A stretch of 64,000 nucleotides of DNA from Hormiphora californensis (lineage: Eukaryota > Animalia > Ctenophora): the NCBI GenBank assembly GCA_020137815.1, contig CM035354.1, positions 7,130,001 through 7,194,000 of the forward strand, given 5' to 3'. The first letter of the stretch is position 1, and the number at the start of each line of letters is the position of its first letter. The translations under genes and the position numbers were made by a program. Positions 35,935-64,000 of this stretch are shown piece by piece. A model generated the notes under the pieces. It was not told the DNA's origin. It was given only the letters and a program-made list of their open reading frames with translations, and did no database searches.

Positions 35935-37030
35935 TTAGTTATTATCTCCCTGGTATCCGCGTGACGCCTCAAACGCCTTACAAATCCTCTCAGACACCTC
36001 CCACAACTTCTCCTGAATAGTATCAAAATACCATTGCCCATATAATTGCCTATAATTCTGGCATGGTCTCACTCTGCAGTTGGAGAACCATTCACCTCTC
36101 TCTACACTGGCCTCTGTAGCACAGTAAATGGAGGTAGCGGCCCCTTGTTCTGGCGTTTTGCCAAACCATCTCGACATCCTCCTGAGAAAACCACCCCAGC
36201 ATCCATGAATATCCCGAGATAAATTAGTATCGACACATCCGGGGTGCACGGAAACTGCTGTAATAGCGGGATATCGCTTGGAGAGCTCCTTAGCAAAGTA
36301 GATCCTTGCCTTGCAGCTGGCAGCGTACTTATAACTCTCCATTCCGGCAGGCTGGAAAAGGCGGGGTAAGGGAGAACCCTCAAGCCAATTAATATGGATA
36401 GGTCCCCTTGTGTGAGATTCAGATGTCAAAACAACCACTCTGGCCTTAGATGCAACCAGCATATCAACTGTAGGAGAAGTAGTTTAGTTTCAGAATTAAT
36501 GTTGTCCTCCATCGGAGGCCCCCGGACGTGCTGTCATACATTAGGGAGTAGCTTTAGTTTCAACTTACTGAGTAGCAATGTGAGATAAAAGTGTCCCAGA
36601 TAGTTTATTCCAATAGTCGCATCCACCCCTTCCTTGGTAGCCCTAAACGGAGGATTAATAACTCCTGCATTGTTTACTAGAATATCCAGTCTATCTTTAT
36701 CTTTTTTAAACTGTTCAGCAAACTCCCGGATACTTTCAAAAGATGCCAAGTCAACCAAGAAGTATCGGACCTGACAAATTAAAAGATTTACGGGTAATGT
36801 TGTTCCAGATAGTAAAATAACTCAGCACAGAACAGGTCTCAATTAGTACTCACATTGTCGTTCTTTGAAGCAGCTTTGATCTCCTTCACTGCCTCCGTAC
36901 AGGTAATCCTGTTTCTACCGATTATGGTTACATCTGCACCCCTCTCGGCCAGAGCAAGGGCAGTTGGTTTTCCTATCCCACTATTTCCACCTGTCACTAG
37001 GACCGTCTTACCTTCCAAATCCTGTACCAT
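35935..37030 (-). CDS. Short-chain dehydrogenase/reductase, paralog 2
   Basis: Exons 37030-36854, 36770-36569 and 36467-35935; same exon structure and phases as paralogs 1 and 3; intact frame. Confidence 0.9.
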
Positions 37031-37366
37031 TAGTCTAGAGAATTTGTTTTTGGGTAACATTGGGGATTTGATGAAAAACAAGGAGCAGAAAACGAAATAA
37101 ACGATTATTAACTGACTAGGTATAAGAAAGGCCAACTAAATCTAATACACAAAGATAGTACATAATATATACAAAACACATCAGTTACAAATATTATTTT
37201 ACAAATAAAACTGCTGGTAAGAACTCTTTTAAAGTCTGAATCTAAAAAAATAGCTCTGATTAAAATAAACAGTATGGTTTATTAAAGTAGGAGGCGTAGG
37301 ATACTGAACTCAAAGAGCAGCCACCCGGTTTAAGGCGCCACTTTCCATATCTTCTCTCTGCTTACA

Positions 37367-38507
37367 TTACGCCTCGAAATTCTTGCAAATCCTCTCGGAA
37401 GCCTTCCACAACTTTTCCTGGACATCCTCCATTATCCACTCCTTTTTCAGTGGTTTTATTCTACAGGAGGAGTAATACTGACCCCTCTCTATATTGGCAT
37501 CTGTAGCGCAATGAATAGAAGTAGCCGCTCCTTGTTCTGGCGTTTTGCCAAATTTAAACATCCTAGTCCAACAGCTACCCCAGCAACCTGAAAAATCTCG
37601 AACAATATCGGTGTTAACAAATCCAGGGTGCAGGGAGATCGCTGTAACATCGGGATATCGCTTAGAGAACTCCTTAGCAAAGTAGATCCTTGCCCTGTTA
37701 CTCTCATTGTACTTCTCGCTTTGTGTATTCTGACTGGTTCCTTCAGGAAGGCGGAAGCGCTTTGAAAAGAGAGGGTATGGGGTCACACATATCTGCCTCA
37801 AGTTGATCTAATTTGATATCACCCCACGCATGGGCTGACGAGGCGACAACTACCAGTCTGGCCTTGGACGCAACCAGGATATCAGCTGAAAGTAAAGAAT
37901 GGGTAGTTTAGTGATAAGATGGTTGGATTCTGTTGTTATAATAAATAACATATCTCTCGTTAGAATATCGAATTTGTCGAGAGATCTCCAGTTGGGTAGC
38001 ACAACAACTAAAAATGAAGACTAAGTTTCGATTTCAACTTACTGAGTAGCATCGTGAGATAAAAGTGTCCCAGATAGTTTATTCCAATTGTCGCATCAAC
38101 ACATTGTTTAGTTATCCTAAACGGAGGACAAACTACCCCTGCATTGTTTACTAGAATGTCCAACCTATCTTTATGTTTTTTAAACTGTTCAGCAAACTTC
38201 CGGATACTCTCAAAAGATGCCAAGTCAACCAAGAAATATCGGACCTGACAAATTCAAAGGTTTGCTAGTTAATAATCTTATCATTGACAATTAATAATTC
38301 CTCTCCCTTTGAATTAGTACTCACATTATCGTGTCCTGCAGCTGCTTTGATCTCCTTCACTGCCTCCTCGCAAGTATCTTTATTTCTACCGACTATGGTT
38401 ACATCTGCACCCCTCTCGGCCAGAGCAAGGGCAGTTGGTTTTCCTATTCCACTATTTCCACCTGTCACTAGGACCGTCTTACCTTCCAAATCCTTGACCG
38501 TCACCAT
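37367..38507 (-). pseudogene. Short-chain dehydrogenase/reductase, paralog 1, frameshifted in exon 3
   Basis: Exons 38507-38325, 38244-38043 and 37885-37367. A 7-nt insertion at 37746-37760 gives FKALPPS*; removing it restores gap-free alignment with paralog 3. Confidence 0.65.
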
Positions 38508-38945
38508 TCTTATAATGAAATCTTATGGGAATCTTATATCTGTAATCTGGGGATTACAAAGGAGCTCCACAGACCCACAGTTCTCTAGAAAAGAGTGAAA
38601 GAGAGAAATTTAAATTTTTTGAAATTTTTTTGAGTAACGGATTTTATTTTTTATTTTAAAAGTTTGCAAGAACGCTTTATTCAAATTTGCGCAGCTTTTA
38701 GAAGTAAAGCGCGCAATTTTGATACACTGCGCTGCATTTCGTTTTTTAAAAAAAGTGGCCCGTTTTTCGGCTCATCTTTTTTTCGCAAAACACGTGGTTT
38801 TTGGGCGCCGTTACGATCTGGGTGTTTGGAGGCCTGTTTACAGGTGCGCGCTGCCAAAAAAGTTGATTCACTAAAATGGCTCTAACCGCCAAACCACTCA
38901 ACCGTTTTGGCTGATTCAAAGTTTATCTGGTAGGGAATGTCAAGG

Positions 38946-39003
38946 CCTAACCCCAACCCAAACCCCAACCCTAACCCTAACCCTACTTTAGCCCTAACCC
39001 TAA
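38946..39003. repeat. Degenerate interstitial (CCCTAA)n tract
   Basis: CCTAACCCCAACCCAAACCCCAACCCTAACCCTAACCCTA...GCCCTAACCCTAA. Confidence 0.7.
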
Positions 39004-40112
39004 AAAACCGTTTGTCAGCACTCCCAAAACACCCAGATTTTAACGCTGGCAGGTTTTTCTTGAACACGTGTGTCTTTCTTACACAGACTCGTTAGAAGGG
39101 TGCTCATTCTTGCATAATCATCTCACACCTTTAAAGAGCGTTTAATTATCCCGCATCGAGCGGTATTTAGCATATGCCAACCTCAAACCTTCAGTATATA
39201 GTCACTAGTCTGCAGTTTGGGCGCTGAGTTATTCAGTTATCTTCTGCTCGTTGTGCCTTTGTTTAAATTTTAAACCCAACCGCATTAATTAACTTATTCT
39301 GACTGGCCATTGCACTGGTCTCCTGCCTTTTTATTTTTTTACCGCTCCAATTAATTAATTTATTAACAGCTTTGTATTTAAACTATCTGACTGACCTCTG
39401 GTCTCTTGCTTTTTATTTTTCTACCTCGTTATTCATTAATTTATTACCAGCTTCTTTAGAATTTTCCATAGGCCATTTATTAGATCATAACCTTATATAG
39501 CAATTAATATGGTTAGTGTGTATTACCTTATCGGTTATCCTGTTACAGTTACTTTATCCATTAACTAATTACTTAGCTATTCGCCTCCTTTTTAGATCAC
39601 TAGCCTTTTACTTGAATTAATTATTAAACTATACTACTTACTTAGTATTTTACACTATGTACTTATTAATCAACAGTTAGTTATCTAACTAGTTAATTAT
39701 CTAACTAGTTAATTATCAATTATCTAACTAGTTAATTTCTGAATTATCTAACTCAACGAATTAATTACGCTATTTCTTAATTAGATATTTTATAACCCTT
39801 ATTTTCTACATACATTTATATATATTATATCGAATGACTGCCGACGGTTTTTTAAGGCCTTTAGGATCTTATAATCCTATAAGAGCCGCTTTAGAAGGCT
39901 TGTTAGTGGTGGGTGCGTTGCTTCAATCGACTGATTGAAACGGCGTCCTCCTAGCACTAACAATGCATAGGCCCAAAAGCGGGATATAAATTATAATTGT
40001 ATTTGTATTTGTATTTGTGCATTTTGTGCACCTAATGCTTCTAGGATTTGTTTTACTGTATAGACTGCTTTAAAGTACTCAACTGTACTGCTTAGTTATG
40101 AATTATTAGGAA

Positions 40113-40170
40113 TGGCAGCGGGTAGCTCAATAGGTAAAGCAATGTACGCGAAACCCAGAGGTTGTCGGAG
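40113..40170 (+). mobile_element. Truncated tRNA-like / SINE head
   Basis: GGTAGCTCAATAGGTAAAGCA D-arm-like sequence, then GAGGTTGTCGG with no intact T-loop. Confidence 0.3.
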
Positions 40171-40819
40171 ATGTGAGTGTCAAATAAGGTTCAAAGAATA
40201 AAAAGTTATACCGGTTAGGACTTAGGTATTTATGGTTAGAGACACGGCATTTGTTCTAGAACTATGGCCAATGAAACATATTTGCACTGTATTGTTGTGG
40301 AAGTTGGAACAGCTGCTAAACAGTAAACTAACTCTGTTGTATGATCACTGATCACTGGCTTCGATCTTGACGAATTGGATCGTGCTGCTAAATATATACA
40401 TGTCCAAATATTTGCCTGGAAATAAGTAGGTAGTGTCAGAAGAAGATATGAATTTCCTTAAGTAGCCATTGTTTCCGTGTCTGCAAATATAGACTCCTTG
40501 CTACCTGCCTGCTGCACTTCAATCTCCTAATTAACGTGCATTGTAATTGAGCTATATGGAGACAGAGAGTGACAGTTAGAGATAATATATAGTGAGAGAA
40601 GGAGAGAGAAATGAGAGAGAAAGAGAGTGACCTGTGACAGTTAGAGATAATATAGTGAGAGAAGGAGAGACAATAGTAGAGAGAAAGAAAGAGCCAGCTA
40701 GAAAATCAACAGTAGTCCACTTTTGTCACATTTCTTCTTCTTCTCTACTTATATTTGTTGTTACATACAATATGCTTTGTAGTGGTCCAAGAACCACCCA
40801 GCAGTCAGACTGCCATGAC

Positions 40820-62640
<21,821 letters not shown>

Positions 62641-63288
62641 GTAAGGGGGTATTGACTAATTAATTGGCTAATTATCATGAAGATCTCCCCCTGATCCAAG
62701 ATCTCATTAACCCTATCCTACCCCCTTTATTACTCCGATACTACTCAACTACCCGACACAAACCGTTCACAATACACAGTTCACACTCAACATACAGAGC
62801 CTTAGGCCGACAGCAATAATCAATATACCCTATATCATATTATACAACCAAGTGTGTGTAGTAATAGCAAGTCCTCTGCCAACAAGGCACGATTATACCA
62901 AACCCACACAGACCAGTGTGAGCCACACAATAGGCACGCTGAAGTTATGTATGGGCAAAATTGAAGCATATAAACACCCAAGCTACAGCGATATAATACT
63001 ACACACACGAACAATTAGAGTTTTGTCAAGCAATTCTCTACCAACATAATGAGAGAGAGTTGGGGAGGAGAAATCGGGAGAGGGGAGTGACTGATCTATA
63101 TTGACACGGAGAGAGGTTACAAAAAAGAAGTAGGGAAGCAAATTTCCCAAACTTTCTAGAGATGTGTGCTGGAGAGAGAGGGAGAATGAAGAAGGCGCTA
63201 GTCAACACTCACGAAAACAGCTAGCTGTCAGAATTCGTACACTTTGGAGAGAGGGGAGTGGAAGAGAGTAAGGAGATGATGGAGGGAA

Positions 63289-63321
<33 letters not shown>

Positions 63322-64000
63322 GAGTGCAGTAGGAAGGCTTCACATGCTGCTACCACCGCACCACCAGCATATTGAAATGATGACGTCATCATAGAGCGAG
63401 GCTGTCAAATGCATTTGAACATTTAAATGTTCACAGTTCAGGGCCTGAACTGTGTCTGAACTTCAGGCTCGCACAATAACTGTCAACCATACATGCATAC
63501 AAGTACAACTCTGTAGAATGTACTTGTACTCAATAAACAAAATTATTTGGTACGTGTAGTGTTTATAGTTACTAACAATGTAAGCGTCCCTAGAGGAAGA
63601 AAAGTAGTACACAGATCTACCACACACACCCACGCACACACATACATATTGGAGAGTTGAGCTGCAGCAGAACAGTAGTAGGTCACTATATAGAATGAGA
63701 ATTAGAATCGCAGCGAAAAAAAAGACAATTCAGAGTGAGCTGCATGTTTGAGGACAAAATGTAGAGTATGCAAGAGCCCCCTTATTGTCTACATATATGT
63801 CCCGGTTATCTCCCTGTTATGTCCCTGTTATGACCCTGTCACTGTCTTTGTCACTGTCTCTGCATTGTTGGTATCTGTTTGACTGGTGGCTTGTTTTCAC
63901 AGCAGGAACTAGTGTGAAGAAGCCACTCAACGTAGTAGCAATAGTTCAGTTGTCATGTCCTGTAAATGTCCACCAGTCGAGACTAGAGAACTGGATTGTT

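Noticed and set aside
38946-39003. Telomere or chromosome-fusion site
   Set aside because: Short, degenerate, single orientation, and embedded in repeat-like DNA.

Overview
Eukaryotic (animal) genomic DNA with GT-AG introns, abundant (AG)n microsatellites and many tiny non-autonomous DNA elements. The short repeat families and gene layout suggest a ctenophore, probably Pleurobrachia (inference from recalled repeats, not verified). Minus strand, right to left: three tandem RDH11-14/WWOX-type short-chain dehydrogenases, an intronless 856-aa helical+BTB-like gene nested on the same strand in an SDR intron, VPS8, a MIC26/MIC27 (ApoO)-like gene, TUSC2, and cytosolic carboxypeptidase AGTPBP1/CCP1. 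Plus strand: an intronless GALNT nested in the TUSC2 intron, and the 5' part of SHANK (SPN + ankyrin exons), whose intron hosts an antisense carbohydrate sulfotransferase. Main points of interest: (i) a compact co-oriented cluster where almost every start codon has a splice acceptor a few nt upstream, consistent with an SL trans-spliced operon; (ii) three nested genes; (iii) VPS8 with an NPF-acidic tail; (iv) SDRs lacking the catalytic Lys; (v) a CRE+E-box minisatellite starting at the VPS8 stop codon; (vi) micro-MITEs with 8-bp TSDs and a matching footprint that breaks one SDR. Bases ~2230-4700 are low quality, and several frameshifts are probably assembly errors. All protein identifications come from hand translation and recalled family motifs; no searches were run.
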